A stretch of 59,445 nt of DNA, the filler included, from Sphacelaria rigidula (Eukaryota), in NCBI GenBank assembly GCA_964200075.2. It is 10 parts of 10 records of this genome, joined end to end, with 100 filler letters (N's around TTAATTAATTAA, not from the genome) between each part and the next. Parts side by side here need not be neighbours in the genome. Positions count along the whole stretch, not along the records: positions 11,911 to 17,765 come from CAXNAA020023950.1; positions 17,866 to 23,720 come from CAXNAA020023951.1; positions 23,821 to 29,675 come from CAXNAA020023952.1; 7 more parts are not named here. One strand, 5' to 3'. Made by a program: the position numbers and the translations under genes. This document shows positions 12,433-24,713 of this stretch, in pieces. The notes below the pieces were generated by a model. It was not told the DNA's origin, did no database searches, and saw only the letters and a list, made by a program, of their open reading frames with translations. Numbering within the stretch: position 1 is the stretch's first letter; each line of letters starts with the position of its first letter.

Positions 12433-13590
12433 ATTTTTACCAGCTCATACCATCCGTCCACGAACGGTGGGACTGAACGAGTGCATTATACGATGGCTAA
12501 AATGCTTGCAACGGTAACCAAAGAATGACAAACGGACTGGGCCTTGCATTTGCCCTTGTTCAGATGAGCTACAACACTTCAGCCAATGCAGTAACAGGAT
12601 TGGCTCCCAATGAAGTTCATATTGATCGTATGCCCAGGTCGTCGCTAACGGTGTTCGAACGGAAACCTTCCGGAGGCCATCAAAGTTTGGATCGAGATAT
12701 CGCGGAGTACCATATTTCTGTTAGTCATCGTCTTCGTCTTGCGTATGAGCTGGTACGCGAGCAGAATCAGATTAATGCAGCGAAAGTAGCCAGGGCAAAC
12801 ACTGTGTTGGATGCTGCGGCAAACAACAGTCCTGTGTGGCAAGTATATCAAGGGACATGGGTGCACAATGATGTGAAGACCGTTACTCAGGGGGCTAGCT
12901 CCAGTAAGTCTTTGTTGGACGAGGTGTCGAAGTCGAAACTATCATTGAATTGGACTGATCCCTACAAAATCTTGGCGGTCGGGCCCTGTGATCCCGCACC
13001 TGACAATAGTCCGGTAGGTGAGAAACGTTTGTATTTGTATTTCCCCACGGATGAACCTGACATCAAACTCAAAAATCGAGTTTCGATGCTTAGGTGTAAA
13101 CCGCGTCTGCCCCCACATGATGCAATCGACATACTCAAAATAATTGCCAATGGGTCTTAGTCAGCACGTGTTGACCAACTATGCGGCCAAAGCCCCGCCG
13201 TATCACACGAAGGTTGAGGCCAACGATCCTCTTCAGCGAGGGGTGATAGATCGCATCTCGGGCCATCAATTAGTCCGAGGCCGAGGAGGTAGAATAGCGG
13301 TTATGTATTAGGCACACTGGGAAGGTATCATGCGTGATACGTGGGGGTGGGAAGTTGATTTGCGCCATTTTCGGAGAGAAATGCTTCTATATTGGGTGGG
13401 AGATGCTGTACAACACCGCCCGTTGAACAGACGCTATAGGTCCATGTGAACGGGAGCAGCGGCTCGTGAGCTGGCACGGGGGCACTTCGCGCGATTCGTC
13501 ACCGCCGGCTATATCCTTGTTTCTCGTTCGAATATTCTTGTAAGAAGCTCTTGCCCAAAGGCACGTACTTGTGGTACAAAGCAAAAGATT
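12433..13590 (+). pseudogene. Ty3/Gypsy integrase C-terminal half plus chromodomain-like region, degenerate
   Basis: FTSSYHPSTNGGTERV, YNTSANAVTGLAPNEV, KLSLNWTDPYKILAV, and IDRISGHQLVRGRGGRIAVMY*AHWEG..TW; contains stops and frameshifts. Confidence 0.9.
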
Positions 13591-14525
13591 AGCGGTAGTG
13601 GCTAGGAAACATTTGACCGCGAGGGTAGATCACCTACTGAATCGGCATCAATTTCACTTGAAAAAGTGCGTGATCTAGATGGGCAGTACGGTGAGCTGTA
13701 GTTTTCGTGTTTCATATAAGACACTACATCAGCCGTAGATACATGCGCCCGCGATTGTCTTGAGCAGCAAACATGCAGAGACGAATCACCACGAGCTAGC
13801 GGCAAAAGCATCAGCAGCGAGCCGAAAGAGCGACTGTACAGATAGCTGTTGCTCCATCTATCACCGATCACCGTTGTTGTGCTTGTCGTGAAAGTCGCCG
13901 CCGCAAGCGGTGACGCAACTCATAAGAGCGACTGTACAAAAAACTGTTGCTTTATGTTCGACGGTAGTCCACTCCAATTCCATGGAGCCGGAGGGCAGAG
14001 TGACTGTACATATAGCTGTTACTCTTTTATATAACCGATCACTGTTATTGTGCTTCTCGTGAGCGTCGGCGATCAGTGTGTGAAGTACAAATAATCGGTG
14101 AACAGTGTCAGTTGCAAACAATATCCGGTGAGCTCAATTGACGGCCTGTCCAGTCAGTGTCAAAAAGCAATCGGTGAGCAGTATCAGGTACAAGCAATGA
14201 TCGGTGAGCTCAATTGACGGCCTGTCTAGTCTCTCTAGTCATTGTATGCAGTTAAGCCTTAGATTGCGATGTGGGTAGCCCATCTGGATCACGCACACTC
14301 TTGTCAAGTAAACTTGATGCCGATTTAGTGGGTGACCTACCCCCGCGGTTATAGGGTTAACCCTTACACCGCGATGTTGGAATATTCAATGTCAGTCATT
14401 GGTAAGGATTGCTATCTATCGTAGATTATTGTAAACAAGTAAGAAATCATTTGAGTGTTCCAGAAATAGTCTGCGGTATATCCTGCGGTACATTCTGTTT
14501 CCAGAACAAGTTGTCGGGGGAGTAA

Positions 14526-15351
14526 TCGGGAGTTATCGGTTGTAATATCCCGCGAGTGTTCTAGACGTGTGGAAGTTCTGGAAATTCGTTAGCTGATCGG
14601 TAGGCTCGCACACTTGGTGTTCGCCCACCTGATCACTCCTCTACTGCTTCTCTTCTCATACTCTTCTCTTTCATGAGTTAGCGTCTTCGGTCACACAAGC
14701 GCCAAGTTCAACATCTCCATTCTCAAGTCAAGTGACTTACCCGCACTCTCTGCACCTCTGCATAAACTGCAGAAGACAGTTGCCACATCTGCACACCATC
14801 AAGAGTGAAGCCATATTTCTTCAGGTTATGAGCCTCGAGCTTCATCAATAAGCAGAGCAAGGAGTCACAGCGTCGTCAGCGATCAACACGTTCTCGTCAG
14901 ACCAATCAGAAGACGGATATCGCACCAAGGGCAACTTCAAGGCGTTTCCCGTCAATCAATTTCAAGTTCTGTGGAAGTCCATCAAGATCAGGCGCATCGG
15001 CATCATCCACATCACCAAGACATCACTACAGTAGTTCAACGTAGTCAGCTGAAGACTACCTCTCCACGCTCATCTCGCTAGTGAGCATCGTCGGTCATCA
15101 GCAAGATCGACAATCGACCGCATCGCATCGGCAAGTTCCGAGCTATTCCTCCGCATTTTTGTTGCGTTAGAGTTTTTTTCGAGAAAAGATAGATACGTCG
15201 TCATCAGCAATGACACTCAGCTACGTCGTCTTCAGCTACGACATCATCAGTTCGGCAGGTTCTTCTAGCAACACTAGCCAAGAGGCAAGGACTTCGGATC
15301 CATCAAGCCTATCAACTGGCATTCGCAGCCAACACCCGTAGGTAACTCACA
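14526..15351 (+). mobile_element. Probable 3' LTR of the Gypsy element
   Basis: Follows a purine tract GGGGGAGTAA; starts ..GAGTTATC and ends GGTAACTCACA (imperfect terminal IR, CA end). No partner LTR on the contig, so boundaries are approximate. Confidence 0.45.
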
Positions 15352-16775
15352 CCTAGGTGCATATGATCTTCGCGTGGTACAGGGGGCGTGGTCAACAGTG
15401 CAGTGCGATGTCAATTTGTTCGCATCACATGAAGAAAACCCGACACAACGCTATACCCGCGTCGTGTTCATACCTACAATGCAATATAGATGACTTCGTT
15501 CAGATTGTGCAGCAGTACCAACGTATGCTACAGCACGGCACCTCACCGTCCGCAAGATATTACCCGCTGAGACCATTTGTAATTCAAACGGTGCTGTGCT
15601 GTTGTCAGTAAGTCAATTCGGAACAATATTTCAACGGAAAAGGTACGTGGCCTTCTGGACGATCAAGTATGTACTGTAGTGCGTGTTGGTGGGGCGGCAA
15701 TCAAACTGCAGTGTACCCTGGTGCCGTGTGAAAGTGAAGAGAGTACAGAGTCGAGAGCTTGTGTACAAGTAACATGAGTCTCGCGCCTCGCCGTGTTCAA
15801 TCATGCTCGTGTACAGACAACATTCTCAATCCTGGTCCATCATGTCGCATCGATATAATGCGGTGCGCATGGTGGCTCAACGTTCCGTGTTTGGGCAAGA
15901 GAAGTCGTATGCACAGCGGGCGGCGATTGAAATAGCCCGCGAACTCCCTACCTGCAAGCATCACTCGGCGTGTGTTGGGACACATGTCGGTCGATTTGGT
16001 TGATACAGAATCGACGGACTGTGAGCAGGGGCGCTTGCGGGGGCAGGTGGTCGGGGGGGCGTCGACAAAGCTACGGGCCCGTGAGGGGCGTATCTAAGCA
16101 AGGAAGGTGTAAGCGGCTTTATTATCCGAGAACCGCCCGTGGGTGAAAAAGGACACGGCACTTCAGATCGAGTGTGCATGAAATCGCTATGCGTTCTCTG
16201 TGCAGTGTATAACGTTACCAGAGAGAGCGCATCCGCCATCGTGGGTTGGCTTGTACCGTCGATATGACCTGTAGGTTGCGGGGAATATGCCTGTGCAGCA
16301 AAAGAAGGCTTGCGTGTGCGCTCGTACCTGAAGCGCCTCACGGTTTGGTCGCCATGGCCTAAAACCAACGTGGGTACTGTATGACACATCGAATCCTCGA
16401 GGCAAACTCGAGTCGGGATGTCTGTCAAACTCCGAGTAAAAAAGAAAACCGCTGCCCAAGAAGCTGTTTAATTACCCGCGTGTGTTACACCGATAATCGC
16501 GTACACAAATATCAAGTGAAAACAAGGGCCGAAAATGCAACGTTTGAAAAAAATCCCGCGAGCTGGTGTTTGGCTGTGTGTAAACAGCGGCCGACCGAGA
16601 CAGAAAGCCCTCGGCTTGAATGAAACAAGCTACCTCTGAAGCCCCATGAATGTCGACGTATTCAATAGCAGAGGAAGTCACACCCAAGGTAGATGAGAAT
16701 GTGACCCACTGGTCCTGTTTTCGACTCGTTAACTCAAGCAGTAGGGTTCTCTCGCACACGGCACTCGTCAATAAC

Positions 16776-16829
16776 GAGTGATGCTGCGATAGGGTCAGCA
16801 CTTTTACCGCCTGAGAGTAGAATTGTTAG
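16776..16829. mobile_element. MITE family E, one end
   Basis: Reverse complement of 12185-12239. Confidence 0.85.
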
Positions 16830-16929
16830 GGCACTTTCTACGATAGCTCCCCCCCAAAAGTGCATGGTTCTGGGAGGCAAAATCTTCACGTAAATCGAAA
16901 TGGGAAAAGCCGAGCACAACGAGAAGCTT
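16830..16929 (-). mobile_element. MITE family A, partial, joined to the family E end
   Basis: GGCACTTTCTACGATAGCTCCCCCC followed by sequence matching 23487-23590. Confidence 0.8.
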
Positions 16930-17765
16930 TTTACGCTGCTGTCTGCACTGCACTACACATTTGTATTACGGTTGTGGTTGTACATTTATTATCTATCTAC
17001 CTGCACGATGATACGTGATCGAAACTCCGACTCGGCTATTTCCAGCGAACTACGCGGTACTGTGATGAGTATCGCCAACTGCGCTGATATTGCCTCTAAA
17101 AATACGGCGACCGACAGTTAGTTTCTTTTTTCTTAACCTCAACAGGTTCTCAAAACAGAACTGGGCGGTTTGACGTTGGTGTTCGCCGCGTCCCACACGT
17201 ATACCCCTTCATGGCATGCAGGTTTGTCCAATGCGCTGTTGCTGATGACAGTCACTGTATGTCTGTTGATTGTGACAACCTTCGCTCTCTTGTCTCTTTG
17301 CTGTTACAGTTATCCATCAAAACACACACATGCGGTTTGTTGTGTGCCTTCGACGTTTTTTTCCCCTTTCGTCTGCACCTGATTAAAAAGGTGAAAGACC
17401 GCTACATGTGCGGAGTGCGCGGACCTACATGTCGATTGAAAACTGTCGACAGTACCCTGCCACTCTATTTCTTTTATTTTTGTTCGCTCCGCCTCATTCC
17501 TCAACAACTATGCTGTCTCCCACGACGAAACGTTCACTTTCCAACCCCCGCATCTCTACGTTAACGACCTGGCGCAATTGCGCAGGTGTACAAGCCATGT
17601 CTGATATCAACCGCCCTTCGACTTCATCGGAGCACGATGTCACGAAGGACGGGTCGTTCCCAACAGACAATAACAGAGGATTCTATAATATATCAGCCGA
17701 TTTTAAATTTGGGGTTCATACAAAATATGGGGTTGAAGTGGCATTTCTCTCTTGCACGGAAGACC

Positions 17766-17865
17766 NNNNNNNNNNNNNNNNNNNNNNNNNNNNNNNNNNN
17801 NNNNNNNNNTTAATTAATTAANNNNNNNNNNNNNNNNNNNNNNNNNNNNNNNNNNNNNNNNNNNN
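17766..17865. other. Artificial contig linker 3
   Basis: Same 100-bp spacer. Confidence 0.99.
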
Positions 17866-17896
<31 letters not shown>

Positions 17897-17914
17897 ACAG
17901 GTATTCCTATTTTT

Positions 17915-17980
17915 GCGTGGTCAATGGTCAAATGACTAAGGCAAGCAACAAATGAGTACGCCCCCCCCACCCCCCCCCCC
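17915..17980 (+). mobile_element. LINE type C 3' tail, very short
   Basis: GCGTGGTCAATGGTCAAATGACTAAGGCAAGCAACAAATGAGTACG followed by a C-run. Confidence 0.9.
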
Positions 17981-18016
17981 AAACACAAAATAGGAATACC
18001 TGCGGTCGCTCCACAG

Positions 18017-18335
18017 AGGGCTCATCCGCTTCCACCTCGGCCCCACGTTCTGCGGAGAGAAAGTAGGAGACGTAGCGGTGGAGCTTTACCGACAGTGTCG
18101 CTGTACTCTGTTCGCGCTGAATATTGCCGCCACCATCGTCAGCCCCGCCGATATTTGTAGCAACAGTAGCACGGGAATCGGCACTGCCGCCGTCAGTTTG
18201 AGTCGAGAGTACGGCGGCGCAGGGAACGGAAGAGGGGAGTCAGCGGGGCGTCGATGGTGCACGAAAGTACACCCGGGGTATGGCACTGTTGTCAGGGAGG
18301 ATGACGTCGGCGTTTTCATAGGGGATAGCCGCCAG
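18017..18335 (+). CDS. Internal exon of RING-finger protein gene
   Basis: CCACAG acceptor, open frame GLIRFHLGPTFCGEKV...GDSRQ, donor CAG|GTAGG in phase 0, matching the next exon. Confidence 0.6.
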
Positions 18336-18825
18336 GTAGGAAAATATCGGAGGAGGTGGACAGGGGAGCCGGGGGCGGCGGGGGCGGCGGGGGGCGATGA
18401 GTATGATCCGAGATTGAGTGAGACACAACGAACGAGGCATTGTTTTCGTTGTAAAAGATGAAATCGTTTGTTTGTCTATTCATCGTTTTGTCGATCTTGT
18501 GGATCGGTTCAAGAGAGCTTGTTGCTATGTTCGAACGTCGTTGAGGACTGCACTGGTGTTGCCCCGCTTATGGACTGTAGTTTACCCTCCGTAGCTCTGC
18601 GATGGTCTTGGCCACTTACTTCCGGCTGCTGCCCCCCTCTCCAACGCGTTTTTGCGGACGAATGTCTACACCAATCAACCGAAGCATGTACCTGTGAAAT
18701 TTAAGTGATTCAGTTATCAGTTGTCGCACGACTGTTTTCTATGTCGGGTAGCAAAAACATCTGCTTGTCTTTTGATAATATTTTTTGCTGCGTTTTCGCT
18801 GGACCTGTTCTTCCTGCTGCTGCAG

Positions 18826-20781
18826 GCTGCTGACCGCCTCGCACGATATTGCTCGACGCGAACCCCGCCGAAGGCTTCGACCGGGCCGCCAGCTGCCGCG
18901 GCGAAGAATACATCAATACGTCGACGAGCTGCTTCGTTTTCCCCGCCTCGGTCATCGGCAACGTCGCTAAAGCAGCGAGACTTCGACAGCAAATACTTTG
19001 AACTCAACCCGCTACAGCACAGTAGTGTTTCTAGGATCGGCGATGGCGGCGGTGGGTGGCGAAACAGGGTTGCTGGAGAACAAGGACAAATACCCCGTCG
19101 AGAAAGGCTAGCGGCTGCCCCGACGAAAGAACAAGCAAGATCTCGAGCATTTTCCAGCGGTAGCGTTGACACGGCGGCCGATTCAGCGAGAATAGCCGTG
19201 CCGCACCGTGCCGCCGGTGTAACGAATGACGTAGATGGCGCCGTCGATGGTGCGTCCAACGCTGACCGGGTAACGTCCGACCGTAGCCTCAGAATATGGG
19301 CGCAAGCACGAGGAGAACGCGCTGGCGAATCTATGCGGACGGGTGCGCCGAAGGTGAGGGCGGCAGAGCGGAGTACCCCGCTCCCGCCCGTCGGGCTAGG
19401 GCTGCTTGTGCCTGTGCCAGGACGAATACTTGTGATTGCTCAATCGCTGGCGGCATCGGTTGGGGTGGTGCATGCTCTGTGCGCCGCTAGCTCTCGGAGC
19501 ATCACTTGTGTGCGTGGTGAACATTGTGCGAGATTTCCATCAAGCTCAGGGTTCTCGTCGAGCCACGGCAATAATGACAACAACAGCGAATGTCCGCATG
19601 CTGCACGGTCATGCCCCCCGGCGGAGAAATCTTTCTGCGAGGCGAAGGCATCTTCATCACAACCATCGCTGGAGCCAGAAAAATGGCGCGGAAAAGGGGG
19701 TAGCTTCGGGATTACAGAGTCGGTTGCGGCGAATGTATCATCGGCCGCTTCGGCAGGAGGGAGCAGCAACGACCACTATCGCCCGTCAGTCGCCGACGCC
19801 AACGCCATCGTAACCGTTCTTTGTCCCCCGGGTCCGTCGAGGGATCCCGCTGGGGACGAGATCGCGGCGAGAGAGCTCGCCGTCTGTCGGCACCCGTCCG
19901 TCCGCTTGCACAAGGCGGCTGTAGGACGGCGCGGCTTGCTGGAATGCGGAGCCGACAGTGCGGAATTGATCTGCATCGTCTCCGGCGGCGGTCATCAGGG
20001 GCAGTCACTTCTTCGCGATGTAGACGGGATCGAGGTCGGGTTTGGAGGCTTGGGAAACAGGGGTGGCGGACGGCAAGGATCCGATGGTTGGGCGATGAGC
20101 GCATTCGTGGACGTATTTTGTGTCGTGTCTGACCTCGCGAGGGTGGTCGTCCGGTTCGATGACGCGGCGAGCGCCGAGCAGCATCAGGTCATAAGCGCAC
20201 ATGTCCGAGGCGGGGGAGCGGCGGCGGCGTGCCCGCGCGCTACATTTTGGACAGCGAAAGAGGAAAATCGCCGGCGGTTACGACGAGTACATCACTGGGA
20301 TGATGATGAATGCCTCCAAGAGGAAAAGCGAGGCGAACAGCAAGGGGGAAATGACGGAACATCTGGAGTGTTTCGGCGTAGTGGTGCCACGACGGACGGA
20401 CAAAAATACCTTCCTACTCCGCCGGAACTGTCACATCATGAGGGAACACCATCGAGGTCTCCAAGCGTTGTGCTGTCTTCGGGACAAAACGCGAGAATCT
20501 TTGCTGACGAAAGTGATACTGCTGCGTTTCACGTTAGCGAGGTAGCGGCAGCAACGGGCCCGGAGGTGGGGGCAGAAGGAGAGGACGGGGGCGATATGAA
20601 GAGCGGTAAAGGAATCAACGCGGGTGGCGGGAGAGACGACAGCGGCGGCGGCGATGGCGGCTACTTTGAAGACGTGCGCGGCGGTCGACAGCCTGGCTTT
20701 GAGGGATTTTTCGCCATCATGTCTGGGTACGCGTCAGGAGATGTCATCGTGGGCAACGTCGCGGAGCTGCTCCTATTGCAG
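18826..20781 (+). CDS. Large internal exon (652 codons) of RING-finger protein gene
   Basis: Pyrimidine-rich CTGCAG acceptor, GC-rich open frame AADRLARY...ELLLLQ, donor CAG|GTGTGC; phase 0 at both ends. Confidence 0.75.
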
Positions 20782-21344
20782 GTGTGCGTGTTATCCTGCG
20801 GTTTAGAACCACCGTGGGTCATCGTGTGCTCGCAGTGGGCTTCACTGGCCCAGAATGTAGTTGACTTTTTTCAATTGGTGTTTGATACCTATGCGTTTTA
20901 TGGCTTCCATGCATGTGAATCGCAAGTTAGAGGTGCGGAAGGAGCTTGTTGTCCAGTTTCCATGGCATGCCCTGTTCTAGAGGGAAACTATTGCCGCACG
21001 GCATCAGACGGAGGTGGGTAGCAAATTGAGCTCGAAAACCCTCGACCATCCCGAATACACTTGCGCATTTATTCTCACCCCTAGGTGCTTTTCAGCAGCA
21101 GCACACCGAGAATCCTCTTCCCGCGCTCCCGTCTGGAATAAAAAAGTTATCGTGTTTTCCATCCCTAATTGTGAAGTACGGATTGCGCCGCCTGGCAAAT
21201 CACGATCCTTCATCTATGCTCCATCTTACCATGCCTCGTGTTTTCGTTTTCATAATCGCTCGACCGATTCATCTTCACTCGTAGTGACACTGTGACGGTT
21301 TCTCACAACCAACTCTGCGTACGGCCGCGACTCTTTCTGATAAG

Positions 21345-23351
21345 GCAATGCTGGCTGACGATATCCAGTCCCTCTTCAACGGTATCCTCCGCCTGGTATC
21401 CCGCGTTCCTGTCGAGGAGTTGTGGCCGCGGGGGGAAATCGCTCATGGCACCAGCAGCAGCAGCGGCAGCAGCGGCAGCGACGACCGCAGCGGCCGCGGC
21501 GGCGGAAGCGAATTGCGTCGCCCAACAACGTACGGAGAGGCCTATGAATCTCTCCTGCAGGATCGGGACCTTCTGCCGCTGGGTCTGCACCGGCCTCCCC
21601 CTAGTTTTCGACGGTCCTCTTGCGGTAGTAATCGAAGCGATACGTGGGTGGGGATGGCTCAGCCGCAGGGCACAGTCCAAGTATGGCCCGCTGAAGAGTG
21701 CGACGGTGGACATTGTGGCGGCGGCGACCAGAGCAGAGGCGATAATCGCGCGAAGATGGCGTACGAACCGGAACACAGAGAAGCTGGCGATGCGGAGAGC
21801 GGGCCAGCAAGTTGCTTTCCTTGTCCAAGCGCATTGCAGAATTTGGCCATTTCGTGTCCGAGTCCGCACTTCCCGCTTCGTGACGGTGATGGTATATTTG
21901 TCCTACGCCGGGATGGGGAGAAGAATACAACCGAGGTTGCGTCTCGGGCCGCCGCAGGCAATGTGTCGCCATCGCCGGTGGTAGCCGACACCACGACGGT
22001 ACCTGTAGTGCATGAGGGGGACGTAGCGGCAACAGGGATCGCCGCAATCGAGCGATTGTCAAGTAGTCCCGAGTTCGCGACGAGCAACGACAGAGACGAG
22101 GAAGGATCGCCCTCAGCACGACAAGAATCTAGACGTACCGGCTTTGATAATATCGACGCGACATTACGGTCTCCTTCCAGGAGTCCCCTAGTGTCGACAC
22201 CATCAAGAACAGCGACGAACGAGTTGCGATCCGCTAGGGAGTCTAAGCGTGCCACCACATCTTCCGGCAGCGCCGCTCCTGATGGGAAAACAGACGCTGT
22301 CCCGTCTCACGTGGAAGAAGGGAAGAACGCGGCGCCGTATCCTCGAAGTAAACGCAACAGTAGCATAGACAATGAAAGTAACTACAGCAGTAACTACAGC
22401 GGAGCTCCTTCCGCGATCCGCGAAGCCGGTAGCTCAAAAAACTTGGTGGAGTGGGCGCTTGGCCTGCTGGCTCGCAGCTCTCCATATCGCCTTAATTGCT
22501 ATGGCGCCGACAGCTGTATTGCAGGAAAATACGAGCGCAAATCTACCGATGCTGGCGCTGCTACTGCTGCTTCTATTAATGATGATGAAGGGGAGGCGTC
22601 GGCCACCACCAAAGCCAGCAGAGGCCACAAAGACAAGACAACACGACGCAGGTGCGTGGTCGATGCCGCCCTGAAGCAAGCAGCGATCAGTGTCGATCTC
22701 CCGCCGATATCGCTATCGAAAGATGGAGGGAATAGCCGCGCGGACCATGAAGGTGGCCGGGGCGATAGCGGAAACGGCGATGGGGGTGGAACAGGGAGCG
22801 AGGAATCGAGCAGCGCCGTAAAAACGCCTGCCCGGGGAGCTCGCAACCGCCATATGGGACAGGATGGCAACAGGATGGATGTGCAAGGAAATGGTGATGA
22901 AAGTAGGGGTGAGCTAGTGTGCGGGGGCTGTGGGTATCCCCTTGCAGTGGTATCCAGCGACGCCTGGTACAGAGGAAATGATCGAAATCGTAAGCACCTG
23001 CTTCCGCTGATTTTGGGTTGCGGGCACGCGGTATGCCTTGATTGTCTCGACGGTTCGTCGATGAGCATCGCCACAAAAGCGGCAGCTGCTAGGGGACAAG
23101 ACAAAACGGAAGAGCCGACAGTTTTGTCGAGTTCATTGCCACCGCCACAGCCGCCACCGCCGTCGTGGTGTTGCCCTGCTTGCAGCGCCCCGGCAACGGC
23201 CGTTTTGCCGGTGGTCGGCGGCGCCTTCAACGATGATGAGACTGGGGGAAACTATTATGAGAATGTGATCAACGGTGATGAACAGCGCGAAGTGAGAGGG
23301 GCGGATGGATTAGCGCAACGGCCATCAACAGTTCCAAGCGCAGCAATATGA
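21345..23351 (+). CDS. Last exon of a low-complexity protein with a C-terminal C3HC4 RING finger (putative E3 ligase)
   Basis: Acceptor CTCTTTCTGATAAG in phase 0; CGGC...LGCGHAVCLDC...CPAC fits the RING-HC ligand pattern with long insertions; TGA at 23349-23351. Confidence 0.8.
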   Translation, partial: AMLADDIQSLFNGILRLVSRVPVEELWPRGEIAHGTSSSSGSSGSDDRSGRGGGSELRRPTTYGEAYESLLQDRDLLPLGLHRPPPSFRRSSCGSNRSDTWVGMAQPQGTVQVWPAEECDGGHCGGGDQSRGDNRAKMAYEPEHREAGDAESGPASCFPCPSALQNLAISCPSPHFPLRDGDGIFVLRRDGEKNTTEVASRAAAGNVSPSPVVADTTTVPVVHEGDVAATGIAAIERLSSSPEFATSNDRDEEGSPSARQESRRTGFDNIDATLRSPSRSPLVSTPSRTATNELRSARESKRATTSSGSAAPDGKTDAVPSHVEEGKNAAPYPRSKRNSSIDNESNYSSNYSGAPSAIREAGSSKNLVEWALGLLARSSPYRLNCYGADSCIAGKYERKSTDAGAATAASINDDEGEASATTKASRGHKDKTTRRRCVVDAALKQAAISVDLPPISLSKDGGNSRADHEGGRGDSGNGDGGGTGSEESSSAVKTPARGARNRHMGQDGNRMDVQGNGDESRGELVCGGCGYPLAVVSSDAWYRGNDRNRKHLLPLILGCGHAVCLDCLDGSSMSIATKAAAARGQDKTEEPTVLSSSLPPPQPPPPSWCCPACSAPATAVLPVVGGAFNDDETGGNYYENVINGDEQREVRGADGLAQRPSTVPSAAI

Positions 23352-23486
23352 TTCTACCTTTGAGTATTGATGAGGGCGACGAGGGCCAGAACAATCTCCG
23401 CCCCTTGCTTGTGCCAATTTTTGGAGCGTGATGACTGCAAGCCCCGGCTGAGAACCCTTGAGTCACAAGGCTGGCGCTCAGCCACA

Positions 23487-23712
23487 GACATTTTCTGCGA
23501 TAGCCCCCCCCCCAAAAAAACGTGGCTGGTTCGGGGAAGCAAAACCTACACGTAAATCGAAATGAAAAAAAGCCGTACACAACGAGCAGCTGGGAATTCC
23601 CGCGTTTGGGTTCGTTTTCGCCAATGTAGCCCATATGAGGCACTTCATGCAGCCTGAAACCAAACATCAGGCGCTGTATGACCCTTTTCTTTGTGACAGT
23701 TTTAGGCTTCTT
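23487..23712 (-). mobile_element. MITE family A, cut by the contig end
   Basis: GACATTTTCTGCGATAGCCCCCCCC end; interior is the reverse complement of 10990-11150. Confidence 0.85.
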
Positions 23713-23720
23713 TTTTTTAT

Positions 23721-23820
23721 NNNNNNNNNNNNNNNNNNNNNNNNNNNNNNNNNNNNNNNNNNNNTTAATTAATTAANNNNNNNNNNNNNNNNNNNNNNNN
23801 NNNNNNNNNNNNNNNNNNNN
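23721..23820. other. Artificial contig linker 4
   Basis: Same 100-bp spacer. Confidence 0.99.
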
Positions 23821-24089
23821 GAGATGGGTGGGGGGTGCAGGAGGGGGGGAGTGGGGGGGGGGGGGGGGTCGTGGGAGTGAGGGGCTCCGTGTCCGAAAAT
23901 GTTCTCTCGATAGACCCTTGGTTCAACTCCAAAAAATAGAATCGGCTGTTAAGTGACGTTTCGAATATATACATATATAATAATTCACGCTCACTCTTAT
24001 CCGCAGTGTATACTGTATTCCAGTTGTACTTTACTGTACTTTCCTGTAATTTACTGTCCGCTACTGTACTTTACTGCACGTATATTATA

Positions 24090-24429
24090 CGGCCATTTGG
24101 CTACCCCCAAAATGCCTCCGGGGGGATACGCGGCCCTCCAGAGGCAAAACAAGCCTCCGGAGGCCTTCAATCCCTCTGGAGAACACCAAACACTACCGAC
24201 CTGAAGGGCCGCGCACCCCTCCGGAGGAATGTGGGGGTGGCAAAAGGCCTTCGGAGGAATGCGCGACCCTCCAGAGGCAAAAGCAAACCTCCGGAGGCGT
24301 TTAATCTCTCTAGAGGAAACCAAAAAATCTCCTCTGGAGGGCCGCGCACCCCGTCGCAGGCGTTGAATCCCTCCGGAGGCTCGAAACGTTGACCGACCTG
24401 GAGGAATTGTAAGGGTAGCCAAACGCCCG
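24090..24429. mobile_element. MITE with internal CCTCCGGAGG sub-repeats
   Basis: Imperfect TIR CGGCCATTTGGCTACCC/GGGTAGCCAAACGCCCG; the internal block CCCTCCAGAGGCAAAA..CCTCCGGAGGC..AATC is repeated. Confidence 0.7.
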
Positions 24430-24713
24430 CGTGTGTGTACTTAACTGCACTCTACTCAGACATTCCTCCATGATGAAAAAAACTGAATACTGTACTTGTA
24501 TCTACTGGGCTCACTGAGTCCTCCTCCGTTGATGTTGTCGAAGCTCCTCTCCTCAGTTCTTGCTTCTCATTCGATCGTTGTAACATTACGCGGTAGTTGA
24601 CTATGCTTATTCTCTACAACCCATTGCTCTCTATCTTACACCTAGAATATTAGCCCGTAGTATGTATGCCTGCTGCTTCTTGGTGTCGGCGTCGTCTCTG
24701 TTATCCATGAGTC

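Noticed and set aside
18717..23230. Long antisense and alternative-frame ORFs over the RING gene
   Set aside because: Expected shadows of GC-rich coding exons.
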